Part shown: positions 1 to 9,485 of the stretch, in pieces | How positions within the stretch are numbered: the first letter of the stretch is position 1 | Layout: each line of letters starts with the position of its first letter | Assembly (NCBI GenBank): GCA_963764165.1 | Contig: CAVXRD010000002.1 | Span: 1,760,001-1,824,000, forward strand | Length of the DNA stretch: 64,000 nucleotides | Reading direction: 5' to 3' | Source of the DNA: an uncultured Verrucomicrobiae bacterium | Lineage (GTDB): Bacteria; Verrucomicrobiota; Verrucomicrobiia; Limisphaerales; Palsa-1400 | Program-made: the position numbers and the translations under genes | The notes under the pieces: generated by a model | Told to the model about the DNA's origin: nothing | What the model saw: the letters and a program-made list of their open reading frames with translations, nothing else | Databases searched by the model: none

Positions 1-1041
1 CTGAAATAATTGGGCCGGATTCCACAGCAATACGATCACGGCCGCCGCAAACAGCGAGTTGATCAAATCAACGGGCCTTCGGCAGACCCAGCCAAAGATC
101 AGCACTGTCGCCATGATGGCCGCGCGAATGGCCGAGGCTGGCCAGCCCATTAATCCCGCGTAAGCCCACAAAGCTGGCAGCACGATCAGACCACACCACT
201 GCCGTGGAATGCGGAGCAATCGAAGCAATCCCAATTCAATGGCCGCGATCATGCCGATGCGCAAGCCGTCCACCGCAAATATATGGTAGGTGCCCGCCTG
301 GAGAAACGGCTCTTCCACCGCATCCGTCAGCGGCGCCTTCCAATCGAGCATCAGCGTCCATGTCAGGCGAAGCGGCTCGTCTTCTTCCGGCAATCCGAGC
401 GCGAGTGTCGTTCTCGCCCACTGCCGGAATCGCTCCGAAATGGGAAGCGGCAGGTTCGCCGCCTGCCAGTCGCCCGGTTCCGAAGTTTGCAGGACGAAGA
501 AAACTCCTTCGCGCCTGTAGAATGAGCGCGGGTCGAACAACCCATCCGCCACCGGCCCGCGCGGCGGCTGAAGCAGGCCGGTGACATCCACCGTTTGGCC
601 CTCGAAAATGTTTGTGGGCAAAATCCCGGAAGCGCCAGCCACAATGCGTCCAACGGCCGGGTGCCATTCGCCATTGGTGGAAATTTCCAGGGCGTCAATC
701 AGCGCAGACGAATGCCAGAACTCGCGCTGTTCGCGTTCAAAAATGCGCTGGGAAGGGGGGGCGCGCACCACGCCGCGCAGCGTGACGAATTGCGGGCGCT
801 CCCCGAACGCGGCTCGAAGATCATTTGGAGAAAGGATAGCCGAGTGCCAGCAGGCGTTTGTCCAGCCCGTCATGAATAATGCCACGGCCAGCAGCCACGG
901 GCGCGCGCGGCTCCATGCCAGCGCCAGCGCCACCGCCACAAACGAAACTGCAAACAGCCAGGCCAGTGGCGGGCGAGCCAGCTCTCCGCATAAAATGCCC
1001 GCGATCAAACAGCACGCTACCGGAAGCAGCGGGCGCTTCAT
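1..1041 (-). CDS. comEC: ComEC/Rec2 family competence membrane protein, 5' part (runs off left edge)
   Basis: Manual translation from ATG 1041: MKRPLLPVACCLIAGIL...; in-frame PFLQAGTYHIFAVDGLRIG and WAYAGLMGWPASAIRAAIM match ComEC core motifs. Absent from the ORF track because the stop lies outside the window. Confidence 0.88.
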   Translation of the reverse strand, partial: MKRPLLPVACCLIAGILCGELARPPLAWLFAVSFVAVALALAWSRARPWLLAVALFMTGWTNACWHSAILSPNDLRAAFGERPQFVTLRGVVRAPPSQRIFEREQREFWHSSALIDALEISTNGEWHPAVGRIVAGASGILPTNIFEGQTVDVTGLLQPPRGPVADGLFDPRSFYRREGVFFVLQTSEPGDWQAANLPLPISERFRQWARTTLALGLPEEDEPLRLTWTLMLDWKAPLTDAVEEPFLQAGTYHIFAVDGLRIGMIAAIELGLLRLLRIPRQWCGLIVLPALWAYAGLMGWPASAIRAAIMATVLIFGWVCRRPVDLINSLFAAAVIVLLWNPAQLFQ

Positions 1042-1043
1042 GG

Positions 1044-1508
1044 TCAGGCCTTTTTGGCCGGGGTTCGCCAGACCGCCCGGCTTATGCCCCACGCCAGCGC
1101 CAGTCCGCAGGCCGCCCCGCTTGTGTCAATCATAACATCCGTCACCGCCGGCTGGCGGCCCGGAACGTAGCGCTGGTGAAATTCATCCGAAGACGCGTAG
1201 AGCGCGCAAAATATCAGCGCATAACAGAATTGACGCCCGGGCGGGCAACCGCTGAAGATGGGATCCTTGCGCACCAAACGCCACGCGAGAATTCCCAGAA
1301 TCGAATACTCGGTGAAGTGCGCCATCTTTCGGACAAAATGATGGAAACCCTCCAGTGTATCCGCCGAGGCATGGGGCATCAGCCACCGCAGGAAGGGTAT
1401 GATGAATCTTGACGTATTATGCGGGCCGCCCATCGAAGTCGACGCGCCAAAGATCACGCACATCCATAAGAGCAGCGGGAGCCAATATTTGCAGATTCTG
1501 CCTAACAC
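1044..1508 (-). CDS. VanZ-like family membrane protein
   Basis: VRKMAHFTEYSILG and YASSDEFHQRYVPGR...DVMID motifs. Confidence 0.88.
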   Translation of the reverse strand: MLGRICKYWLPLLLWMCVIFGASTSMGGPHNTSRFIIPFLRWLMPHASADTLEGFHHFVRKMAHFTEYSILGILAWRLVRKDPIFSGCPPGRQFCYALIFCALYASSDEFHQRYVPGRQPAVTDVMIDTSGAACGLALAWGISRAVWRTPAKKA

Positions 1509-1596
1509 GGCGAAAAAAGACTACGGCGGCAGTTCAATTGCAATGGGAAAAACAACCCGCGCCAGCAAAGGTGTGATGCGCGAACGCAATTTAGCC

Positions 1597-1696
1597 GGAG
1601 CGCCGCTGTGTCGAAGACCAGCCGCAGCAACGTTGAATGGCTGGCGCCCGTGGCGGTGCAACGCGCTGCGGCTGGTCTTCGACACAGCCGCGCCCC
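1597..1696. repeat. REP-like inverted-repeat doublet (family A)
   Basis: Perfect 24-bp IR GCTGTGTCGAAGACCAGCCGCAGC (1605-1628) and its reverse complement (1665-1688); second copy at 53598-53714. Confidence 0.85.
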
Positions 1697-1803
1697 GGGC
1701 AACAGGTTGCGCCCTCATGCAATTTCAAGTGAGCCGGGCAGCCCATTGTTCCGCAATTTGTTGCCGACAAAACGGCGCGGGTGGCATAAGCTGCAGCCAT
1801 TCT

Positions 1804-3012
1804 ATGAAGCCATCCATCGTCAGCATTTCGATTGGCCTCGCGATTGCATGTTTGACACAATTGCCGGGAACCACATTCGCCCAGCAAAAGCGCGAACAGC
1901 ACGTCAGCCATCCAACTGATCCGGGGACGCCACCGTTGATCGCCGCCGGGCCGGACGCGGAACACCTGGCACAAGTGGCGTTGAAGAATTCGCCCGCGGA
2001 AAATCCGTCCGCCAACCCGACCAGTGGCGCGCCAGGTGTCAATCCGCCATCGGACGTCGATGGCAATTTTATCATCGGACCAATTTACAAGGCCGCGCCG
2101 GAATTGACGGTGGTTCCCGGTGTGCCGCAGGGGCGCGTGCAGCAATTCACGATTGCTTCGACGGAGAGCCCATTGTTCCCCGGCGTGATGCGCAGAGCCA
2201 ACGGCAAAGTTGATCCGGCTAATCCCAAGACGCTGATTGTCGACACATATCCCACGAACTACACGCGGACAATCACCGTCTATGTGCCGCATCAATACGT
2301 GCCCGGCACAGCCGCGCCCTTCATCGTCACGCATGATGGCCCGGGCATGGGAAATCCGGACATGACCTGGCCGCATGTGCTTGACAATATGATCGCCCAG
2401 CATCGTCTTCCGGCCATGGCGGCCGTGATGGTCGGCAACGGCGGCGGCGATGCCCAAGGCTGCGAGCGCGGCATTGAATACGACACGATGTCGGGGAAAT
2501 ACGCGGAATACATTGAGACTGTCGTGCTCCCAAGGGTTGAGAAGGAGTGCAGTGTCAAGTTGACAAAAGATCCCGAAGGGCGCGCCGTTTCGGGCGGCAG
2601 CTCCGGCGGTTCGGCGGCGTTGGAAATGGCGTGGTATCATCCCGAATGGTATCATCGCGTTCTGGCCTACTCGGGCACGTTCGTGAACCAGCAATGGCCG
2701 TTCAATCCCGAGACGCCGGGCGGCGCGTGGGATTTTCATGAAACGCTGATACCGCAAAGCCCCGTGAAGCCGATCCGCCTCTGGCTCGAAGTGGGCGACC
2801 GCGATCTGTATAACCCGAATTCGATGCGCGATGGAATGCACGATTGGGTGGAGGCAAATAATCACATGGCAAAAGCGCTCCGCGCAAAAGGCTACCACTA
2901 CCAATATGTGTATGCCGTCAACGCCGGACATGTGGACCGCAATGTCCGAAATCAAACGCTGCCTGAAGCGCTCGAATGGCTTTGGAAAGGCTACCCCATC
3001 CCGGCCCAGTAA
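1804..3012 (+). CDS. Secreted alpha/beta-hydrolase, enterochelin-esterase-like putative esterase
   Basis: Signal peptide from MKPSIVSISIG; GSSGG nucleophile elbow; ERGIEYD; C-terminal AGH. The upstream ORF extension runs through a REP and is probably not coding. Confidence 0.82.
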   Translation: MKPSIVSISIGLAIACLTQLPGTTFAQQKREQHVSHPTDPGTPPLIAAGPDAEHLAQVALKNSPAENPSANPTSGAPGVNPPSDVDGNFIIGPIYKAAPELTVVPGVPQGRVQQFTIASTESPLFPGVMRRANGKVDPANPKTLIVDTYPTNYTRTITVYVPHQYVPGTAAPFIVTHDGPGMGNPDMTWPHVLDNMIAQHRLPAMAAVMVGNGGGDAQGCERGIEYDTMSGKYAEYIETVVLPRVEKECSVKLTKDPEGRAVSGGSSGGSAALEMAWYHPEWYHRVLAYSGTFVNQQWPFNPETPGGAWDFHETLIPQSPVKPIRLWLEVGDRDLYNPNSMRDGMHDWVEANNHMAKALRAKGYHYQYVYAVNAGHVDRNVRNQTLPEALEWLWKGYPIPAQ

Positions 3013-3052
3013 ACTAAGGGACCGGTGCCCGTCCGGGAATGATTCAGTTGCC

Positions 3053-3180
3053 TTGGGCGCGCGGTCGTCTCGCCGAAAACCTGTGGAGCGCCGGCGGTTC
3101 GCCAATCGGTCTTGGTAGAGTCATCGTAAGACCTGCCTGCGAGCAGCCGGCCAGAGCGGACGGGACGGTCGCGCTCCCAA
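3053..3180. repeat. REP-like doublet (family C) between convergent genes
   Basis: TTGGGCGCGCGGTCGTCTCG (3053) vs CGGGACGGTCGCGCTCCCAA (3161-3180), 16/20 inverted match; related arms flank the IS630. Confidence 0.65.
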
Positions 3181-3201
3181 TACCAACTGATTCGTTCCGG
3201 C

Positions 3202-5031
3202 TCAGGCCGCTTCCTGCGCGGAATTTTTCGTTTTCGCGGCGGCCATCGGGCGGTCAAGGCATTCGCGCACCACTTTTAGCAGAGTCGCTGGCCGATATGG
3301 TTTGGCCAGGAAATTATGCTCATCGATGCTCTCAAGATGCGTGCCCGGAAGCCCCGCCGCGTAACCGCTGGTGAAAATAACCTTCAGGCGCGGATCTTCG
3401 GCGGTAAGCTGGCCGGCAAGCTTCTGGCCCGTGACGCCATCGGGCATGACGATGTCTGTCAATAATAAATGAATGTCGCCCGCGCGCCGGCCCCATTTCT
3501 CCAGGGCCTCTCGCCCGGAGTTGGCGGAGATGACTTTGTATCCCCCGCTGGAGAGCACATGCGCGACGAGGTCCTGCAGATCCGGCTCGTCGTCAACGAC
3601 AAGGATGGTTTCATGCCCGGCCACGGGCTTGGTCCCGGGCGCGGATGCCGCCAACGGAGCTGAAATCGGACCCGGCAAGGCCTGCGATTCTTTCATTGCG
3701 ATCGCGGGCAGGTAAACGCGGAACGCGGTGCCGCGATCCACTTTGCTCTGCACATCCACCCAGCCATGATGCTGTTTGATGATTCCGTAGACCGTCGAAA
3801 GCCCCAGGCCGGCGCTGTGCTCGGGCCCCTTGGTGGTGAAAAATGGCTCGAAGATGCGGGGCAAATCTTCCGGCTCGATCCCAATCCCGGTGTCACTGAC
3901 TGTCAAACGCACGAAGTCGCCTGGCCGCGCGTCTGGATTTGCCGGCAGCTCCCCGGCGGAAAGAGTCACCGGGGCGGCTGCCAGAGAGAGAATCCCGCCG
4001 TTCGGCATCGCTTCGCGCGCGTTGGCCGCGAGATTCATCAGCAGCGTTTCCATCATTTGACCGTCGGCGTTGACCATCGGGAGGCCGGGCGCGATATGCA
4101 CATCAAGCTTGATTTCCGGCGTCTGGGCGCGCGGCAGCCGGGCGGCGGCTGCTTCCAGCGAATCGCGCAATTGCGTCGGGCGCAGCTCCACAATTTGCTG
4201 GCGGCAAAACGTCAGCAATTTCCCGACCAGCTTCGCCCCGCGGTCGGCAACTGTCCGAATATTTTCCAGCGACCGGAAATCCGGCGAATCGGGAGTGGTT
4301 GCCGAAAGGAGAAGAGCCGTGTTGCCCTGCACCACCGTGAGCATGTTGTTGAAATCGTGGGCGATGCCAGCGGCCAATTGCCCGACGGCTTCCATTTTCT
4401 GGGCCTGGCGCAATTGGCCCGCCAGGCGGATGTGTTCGGAGATTTCCTTTTTGAGTTTTTCGTTGGTCTGCTGCAGATCGCGCGTCCGTTGCGCCACGAG
4501 GCGATCCAGGTCGCGAAGACGGCCGCTGACCTCGTGAGTCAGGCTCCATTTTTGGGTGAGCGCGTTGGCTAATTGCAGAACTTCAATGCTATCGAAAGGC
4601 TTTCTAAGAATGAGCAGGCTATCCGAGCGCGTGATGACCCGAATCAACTTCTCCCATGAATGATCGGATTGGGCCGTGCAGAGAACGACTTGCAAATCGG
4701 GAAACCGTTGGACAAGCCTGGCCACCGTGTCCATCGAGTCGGGACCGGCGGGCGAGCGGACATCGATGAACGCGACCGCGAAAGGCCGCCCCGCAATCTG
4801 CGCCTCCTCGATCATGTGCAGCCCCTCGTCGCCGTGCCCGGACGATTCCACTTCAAATGTCAGCGAATCTGGAATGGGCGCCGGATCGCCGAACAGATCA
4901 TGCTCATTGTTGTTGACTGCCGAAGAACCCGGATTCTGGCAGCGCAGAATGCGCCGCATATCCGGGCTGATCGAGCGATTATAGTCGATCACCAGGATGC
5001 GGTTGTTCCGAACTTGAGTAGGGACATTCAT
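3202..5031 (-). CDS. Hybrid sensor histidine kinase/response regulator (REC-HisKA-HATPase-REC)
   Basis: [16 protein letters not shown]-box, [24 protein letters not shown]-terminal receiver ILVVDDE...DIVMP...KP. Confidence 0.92.
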   Translation of the reverse strand: MNVPTQVRNNRILVIDYNRSISPDMRRILRCQNPGSSAVNNNEHDLFGDPAPIPDSLTFEVESSGHGDEGLHMIEEAQIAGRPFAVAFIDVRSPAGPDSMDTVARLVQRFPDLQVVLCTAQSDHSWEKLIRVITRSDSLLILRKPFDSIEVLQLANALTQKWSLTHEVSGRLRDLDRLVAQRTRDLQQTNEKLKKEISEHIRLAGQLRQAQKMEAVGQLAAGIAHDFNNMLTVVQGNTALLLSATTPDSPDFRSLENIRTVADRGAKLVGKLLTFCRQQIVELRPTQLRDSLEAAAARLPRAQTPEIKLDVHIAPGLPMVNADGQMMETLLMNLAANAREAMPNGGILSLAAAPVTLSAGELPANPDARPGDFVRLTVSDTGIGIEPEDLPRIFEPFFTTKGPEHSAGLGLSTVYGIIKQHHGWVDVQSKVDRGTAFRVYLPAIAMKESQALPGPISAPLAASAPGTKPVAGHETILVVDDEPDLQDLVAHVLSSGGYKVISANSGREALEKWGRRAGDIHLLLTDIVMPDGVTGQKLAGQLTAEDPRLKVIFTSGYAAGLPGTHLESIDEHNFLAKPYRPATLLKVVRECLDRPMAAAKTKNSAQEAA

Positions 5032-5034
5032 ATG

Positions 5035-5217
5035 TCAAACCGCCGGCTGCGGCGGGTGCGTTCCCGACGGAAAAGCGTGTTCCTTTGGCGCGCTCTCACC
5101 AATCCGCCAAAGATAAAAGCCCTGATTTGCTCGAATCATAAATAAGCTTGCGGCAGCAGGGCGTGAGCATGGTGCTTCTGTGTCCTGCTGTTTAATCCGA
5201 CTCGCCTTAACCGTCAT
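5035..5217 (-). CDS. Possible 60-aa small protein upstream of the hybrid kinase
   Basis: ATG lies 12 nt downstream of a sigma28-like -10 box; stop is 3 nt before the kinase ATG; no recognised homology. Confidence 0.3.
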   Translation of the reverse strand: MTVKASRIKQQDTEAPCSRPAAASLFMIRANQGFYLWRIGESAPKEHAFPSGTHPPQPAV

Positions 5218-5229
5218 GCGACATCTCTG

Positions 5230-5257
5230 TTATCGGCGGCGCCCGCAAAAGACTTTA
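5230..5257 (-). promoter_or_regulatory. Sigma28 (FliA/WhiG)-type promoter
   Basis: Minus strand TAAAGTCT-N12-GCCGATAA; exact -10 consensus. Confidence 0.65.
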
Positions 5258-5787
5258 GCGGCAAGTGAAAGCGGACGCCGCGGCTTGCGCAAGCCGTTGT
5301 GAGTCAAATACTACAAGAGGGCTGTTTCTTTGGGGGGAGCTTGGCGTATTTGTCAAAGCCAGAATCGGCGGCAGGTCATGGCGAGCTTGAGCCATTGGCG
5401 ACCATGTTTTGGAAGACCACCAGTCAACAGAAATGTCCTGCACGAAATCCGATACCGCCAGCAAACGGCGGGCCGGTATCCGCGTCGGCAAAGGAGGCAG
5501 GCGCTGCGGTCAGCCGCAGGGCGATTTCTATGGGTGGGTTTGCGTGGCATTGGCGATGACCTTGTTTACACGATTGATTTCAACTCTATGGTTTCCAACT
5601 CATTCATTCACCGCTCGTTACACTGGATTACATCGGAAAGCCTCACTGAAACTTTAGGAGCGCTACGCAGCGGTTTCCAGAAAGCTGGGCAGGATTCTTC
5701 TCCTTCGCCAAAAAAGATTTGAACAAACGGCAACCCGGCGCGTCTTACTTTGTATTGCAAAGTGAAGTTTGTTTTTGAAAGGAAAGT

Positions 5788-6492
5788 GTGAACGACAAGA
5801 AGCGATGGGTCATTGTCTGCATCTACGCCGTGGCGATGGCGTGGGTGGAATCGGCGGTGGTTTATTATTTGCGCACGATGGTGCATCGGCTGGAGCCTTA
5901 TCAGCCCGATCCGTTTCCAGTCGTCGGAGCGATGGCGCAGGTGGAAATTGTGCGGGAGGCCGCGACGCTGATCATGTTATTTACAGTCGGAATGCTGGCG
6001 GGCCGGAATTGGCGAAGCTGCCTGGGCTACTCCGCCATCGCCTTCGGTGTGTGGGACATTTTTTATTATGTGTTTTTGAAAGTCATGTACGGCTGGCCGC
6101 ATTCGGTGATGGATTGGGATATTTTATTTCTGATCCCGCTGCCGTGGTGGGGTCCCGTGCTGGCGCCGGTGCTCATTTCCGTGCTGCTGATTCTCTGGGG
6201 AACGCTCGGCAGCCAATTCGCCCATGCGCCGGCGCGGTTTCGGGCGCGGCTGACTGCGCTGGCACTGGGAGCATTCGGTGTGGTGGCGGCCCTGTGTGTG
6301 TTCATGGCTGACACCATGGCCGCGGCTTCCCGCGGCCCGGTTGCCGTGCGAAATGCGCTGCCGAAATCATTCAACTGGCTGGCCTTCGCCGGCGCTCTTC
6401 TGTTGATGTCCGCGCCCATCATCCATCACGCGTGGCTGCTGTGGAGGCAGCAGCGCGATTCCCTCAATATTTCGACAAATACGGCTCGATGA
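5788..6492 (+). CDS. Conserved hypothetical multi-pass membrane protein
   Basis: Several hydrophobic helices; WVESAVVYYLR, REAATLIML, WDIFYY, WDILFLIPLPWWGPV. Confidence 0.75.
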   Translation: MNDKKRWVIVCIYAVAMAWVESAVVYYLRTMVHRLEPYQPDPFPVVGAMAQVEIVREAATLIMLFTVGMLAGRNWRSCLGYSAIAFGVWDIFYYVFLKVMYGWPHSVMDWDILFLIPLPWWGPVLAPVLISVLLILWGTLGSQFAHAPARFRARLTALALGAFGVVAALCVFMADTMAAASRGPVAVRNALPKSFNWLAFAGALLLMSAPIIHHAWLLWRQQRDSLNISTNTAR

Positions 6493-7126
6493 CTTTTTTC
6501 AGAATGGCGTATCCCTTCAAGTTCGGGTGCAGCCGGTCCGCAAGGAAATAATCTGAATTCGCTTTTCCATCCGGTCCCAGCAATGAAGGGAAGGCGTCGA
6601 TGAAAATCAATTTGTCGTCGTGATCAATATAATCGCGGATCAACTTGTTCGCCGTCTTGACCTTGTCGATTTGCAACGAGCGAACGGGCGTCGTCAAAAT
6701 GGAAACGAAGGCGAGCCGGGCATTGGGCAATTTCTCATGCATCTTGGCCACGAAAATTTTGAAACCCTCAAACACCTGCTCGGGCGATTTGCGGTCATTG
6801 ATGTCATTGGATCCCTCGTAAAGCACGATCAACGCTGGATGATAAGGCGCGACGATTGTGTCAAAATAATAGTTGGCATCGCTCATCTGCGATCCGCCAA
6901 AGCCGCGGTTGATCGCCTTGTGCTCCGCAAAATCTTTCTCAAGCGAATTCCAAAGCCGGAACGTCGAGCTGCCAATGAAAAGGACAGCGTCCCTGGGCGG
7001 CGGATGCGCGGCGTCAGCCGTCGTGAAAGCTTCAATGTCTTTCTCGAAGCGCTTGGGATCCTGGGCTAAGGCGGAAAAGGTCATTGCCAGGAGAGCTGTC
7101 AATACTAGTATTGGATTTGGTTTCAT
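6464..7126 (-). CDS. SGNH/GDSL hydrolase (lipase/acylhydrolase)
   Basis: Signal peptide; FIGSST, NRGFGGS, GSND, DRLHPN blocks. Confidence 0.88.
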   Translation of the reverse strand: MKPNPILVLTALLAMTFSALAQDPKRFEKDIEAFTTADAAHPPPRDAVLFIGSSTFRLWNSLEKDFAEHKAINRGFGGSQMSDANYYFDTIVAPYHPALIVLYEGSNDINDRKSPEQVFEGFKIFVAKMHEKLPNARLAFVSILTTPVRSLQIDKVKTANKLIRDYIDHDDKLIFIDAFPSLLGPDGKANSDYFLADRLHPNLKGYAILKKVIEPYLSKY

Positions 7127-8421
7127 CGGAGCCAGGCGGGAATTTTTTCATCCGCCCAAAGCTGCTCGAGGCGCTGGCGCGGGCGGATCAATGCAGTCCG
7201 GGAGCCGTGGACCAGGACCTCGGCGGCCATCGCGCGGGTGTTGTAATTGGATGCCATGGTGAACCCATACGCCCCCGCGCTCATCAGCGCAAGAAAATCG
7301 CCCTCGCGCGCCTTGGGGAGCGGGCGGTTTTTGCAGAAGAAATCGCCTGATTCGCATACAGGCCCAACCACATCCGACGAAACCAATTCGCCCGCGCGTT
7401 TCCGCACCGGCACAATTTCGTGGTAGGCGTCATACATGGCGGGGCGGATCAAGTCATTCATCGCCGCGTCAACAATGACAAAGGTCTTGGCGCCGGTATG
7501 TTTGACAAATTCAACGCGGGTGACAAGCACGCCGGAATTGCCGGCAATGAAGCGGCCGGGTTCGAGCAGAATCTTCACCCCCATTTGCGCGAACAGCGGC
7601 TTGAGCCGTTCGGCGTAGCGGCTCGGCGTGAGCAATTTCGATCCCGCCGGGGATGCCCACCAGGCGTCCGGGCCGCTCTCGAGGGCGGGGTTGTAGACAA
7701 TTCCCAATCCGCCCCCGATGCTGAAAAATTCCAGCCCGTATTTATCCTTCAGCGCCGCCACCAGCGGCGACAGCTTTTTGACCGCGGTCTCGAAAGGCGT
7801 GACATCTGTCAGTTGGGAGCCAATGTGCGTCTGCAAACCGCGCCACCGCAAATTCTTCAATTTCGTCGCGCGCGCATAAACGGCTTCGATCTCCTCGAAC
7901 GGAATGCCGAATTTGTTCTCGTAAGTGCCCGTGGTGATTTTGGCGTGCGTGTGCGCGTCGACGTTCGGATTAACGCGGATGGCGACGGGGGCGATTTTCT
8001 TGCACTTGCCCGCCACTCGATTGATGCGGGCAAGTTCTGGCTCGCTCTCGACATTGAAGCAATACACGCCGCGATAAAGCGCGAATTCGATTTCGCGATC
8101 CGTCTTGCCGACGCCCGCGAAAACGCATTTGGCCGGGTCGCCGCCCGCAGCAAGGACGCGGCGAAGCTCGCCTTCGCTCACGATATCGAAACCCGCGCCA
8201 AGCTGCGCCAAAACGCGAAGAATGGCGACGTTGGAATTCGCTTTGACAGCGTAGCAGATTTGGTGGTCGAGGGGCTGGAGCGCCGAGTCCAAATCATTGA
8301 AGCGCCGGGTCAGCGTCTCCTGCGAATAAACGTAGAGCGGCGTGCCGTGGCGAGCGGCGAGTTCTTTGATAGGCGTTTTTTCGCAAAACAATTCATTCTT
8401 GCGGTAGAAAAAAGAATGCAT
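7123..8421 (-). CDS. lysA: Diaminopimelate decarboxylase
   Basis: YAVKANSN (PLP Lys), HIGSQ, EPGR, GPVCESGD, GAYG..MASNYN; start taken at MHSFFY. Confidence 0.96.
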   Translation of the reverse strand: MHSFFYRKNELFCEKTPIKELAARHGTPLYVYSQETLTRRFNDLDSALQPLDHQICYAVKANSNVAILRVLAQLGAGFDIVSEGELRRVLAAGGDPAKCVFAGVGKTDREIEFALYRGVYCFNVESEPELARINRVAGKCKKIAPVAIRVNPNVDAHTHAKITTGTYENKFGIPFEEIEAVYARATKLKNLRWRGLQTHIGSQLTDVTPFETAVKKLSPLVAALKDKYGLEFFSIGGGLGIVYNPALESGPDAWWASPAGSKLLTPSRYAERLKPLFAQMGVKILLEPGRFIAGNSGVLVTRVEFVKHTGAKTFVIVDAAMNDLIRPAMYDAYHEIVPVRKRAGELVSSDVVGPVCESGDFFCKNRPLPKAREGDFLALMSAGAYGFTMASNYNTRAMAAEVLVHGSRTALIRPRQRLEQLWADEKIPAWLR

Positions 8422-8457
8422 GGTCAGTTCAAAGCATGGCGCACTATCAATAAAATG

Positions 8458-8486
8458 AAAACCCCGCCGGCGGTCGCACCGGCGGG
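8458..8486 (-). terminator. Putative intrinsic terminator after the TolA-like gene
   Basis: CCCGCCGG/CCGGCGGG hairpin followed by a short T run on the minus strand. Confidence 0.5.
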
Positions 8487-8503
8487 TCAAAGGAGCGAAT
8501 CCG

Positions 8504-9472
8504 TTATGGTTCAGCCAGAATTTTGGCGCGGGCCGTGTGATACTCCATCGGCGTAATCTGGTCCGCTTGGTACTTTCGGAGAAGGTCAGCCAGGCGCTGC
8601 TCTTTCGTCGGCGGCCCCGAGGCGGCGGCCATGGCGGTGGGGCCGGATTTGGCCGTGCCCGTTTTTGCAGTGGACGTCTTGGAAGCCGACACAGAAGCGG
8701 CAGGCACTTGCTTATTCAGCTTTTCGAGATTGGCGGCGGTTTCCTGCTGGGCTTTTTTGCGTTTCGCGGCGGCTTCGGCGTCAGCGAGCTTCTTCTTCTC
8801 CTGATCTTTCTTCATTTTGGCGTCGTTCTCAGCCTTGAGCTTGGCGGCGCGATCCTTGTCGGCAGCCATCTTCTTGGAGTCCTGGTCCGCCTTCAGCTTC
8901 GCGGCTTCCGCCTTGGCTTTTTCGTCGCGGGCTTTCGCATCGGCGGCCGCCTTTGTGGCGGTGGCATTTGCCATGTCTTTTTTGCGCTGTTCCTCCGCCT
9001 TCAGCTTGGCATCGGCTTCTTCGCGCTTCTTCTTCTCGTCAAATTTTGCCTGCTCGTCCTTGAGCCGAGCGTCGGCTTTGGCTTTGGCTTCCGCGTCCTT
9101 CTTCGCTTGCTCGGCGGCTTTTGCCCTGGCTTTGGCTTCCTTGATGGCAGCTTCCTTCTGCGCTTCGGCGGCTTTTTCCTTTTCCTTTTCCACGCGCTTG
9201 GCTTCGCGTTCCGCGGCGAGGCGTTCGGCCTTCTGCTGTTTCTCCGTCGCCTCGGCTTGCTTTTTCGGAGCTTCCGCTTGCTTCTTGGCGGTGACGGGCT
9301 GGGCTTTGGCGGCCATCGGCGGCTGGTTGGTCTCGGCGGCCTTTTCCGCGTCATGGAGCGCCTGGAGCATCTTGGCGGTATCGGGGTTCTCCGGGGCTGG
9401 CTGGCCTTGGGCCGCAAATCCCATGGCGGTGGCAATGGTACACGCCATGAAGCAAGTTTTTAGGTATGTCAT
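8504..9472 (-). CDS. Exported Ala/Lys/Glu-rich coiled-coil (TolA-like) protein with a short C-terminal helical domain
   Basis: Signal peptide; long KAEA/EAKA tract; C-terminal KEQRLADLLRKYQADQITPMEYH. Confidence 0.7.
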   Translation of the reverse strand: MTYLKTCFMACTIATAMGFAAQGQPAPENPDTAKMLQALHDAEKAAETNQPPMAAKAQPVTAKKQAEAPKKQAEATEKQQKAERLAAEREAKRVEKEKEKAAEAQKEAAIKEAKARAKAAEQAKKDAEAKAKADARLKDEQAKFDEKKKREEADAKLKAEEQRKKDMANATATKAAADAKARDEKAKAEAAKLKADQDSKKMAADKDRAAKLKAENDAKMKKDQEKKKLADAEAAAKRKKAQQETAANLEKLNKQVPAASVSASKTSTAKTGTAKSGPTAMAAASGPPTKEQRLADLLRKYQADQITPMEYHTARAKILAEP

Positions 9473-9485
9473 AACTCTTTTTTAC

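Noticed and set aside
1399..1803. N-terminal extension of the esterase ORF
   Set aside because: Overlaps the VanZ gene and a REP; the signal peptide starts at 1804
5545..5562. TGGCA motif as a sigma54 promoter
   Set aside because: The -12 position reads GA, not GC
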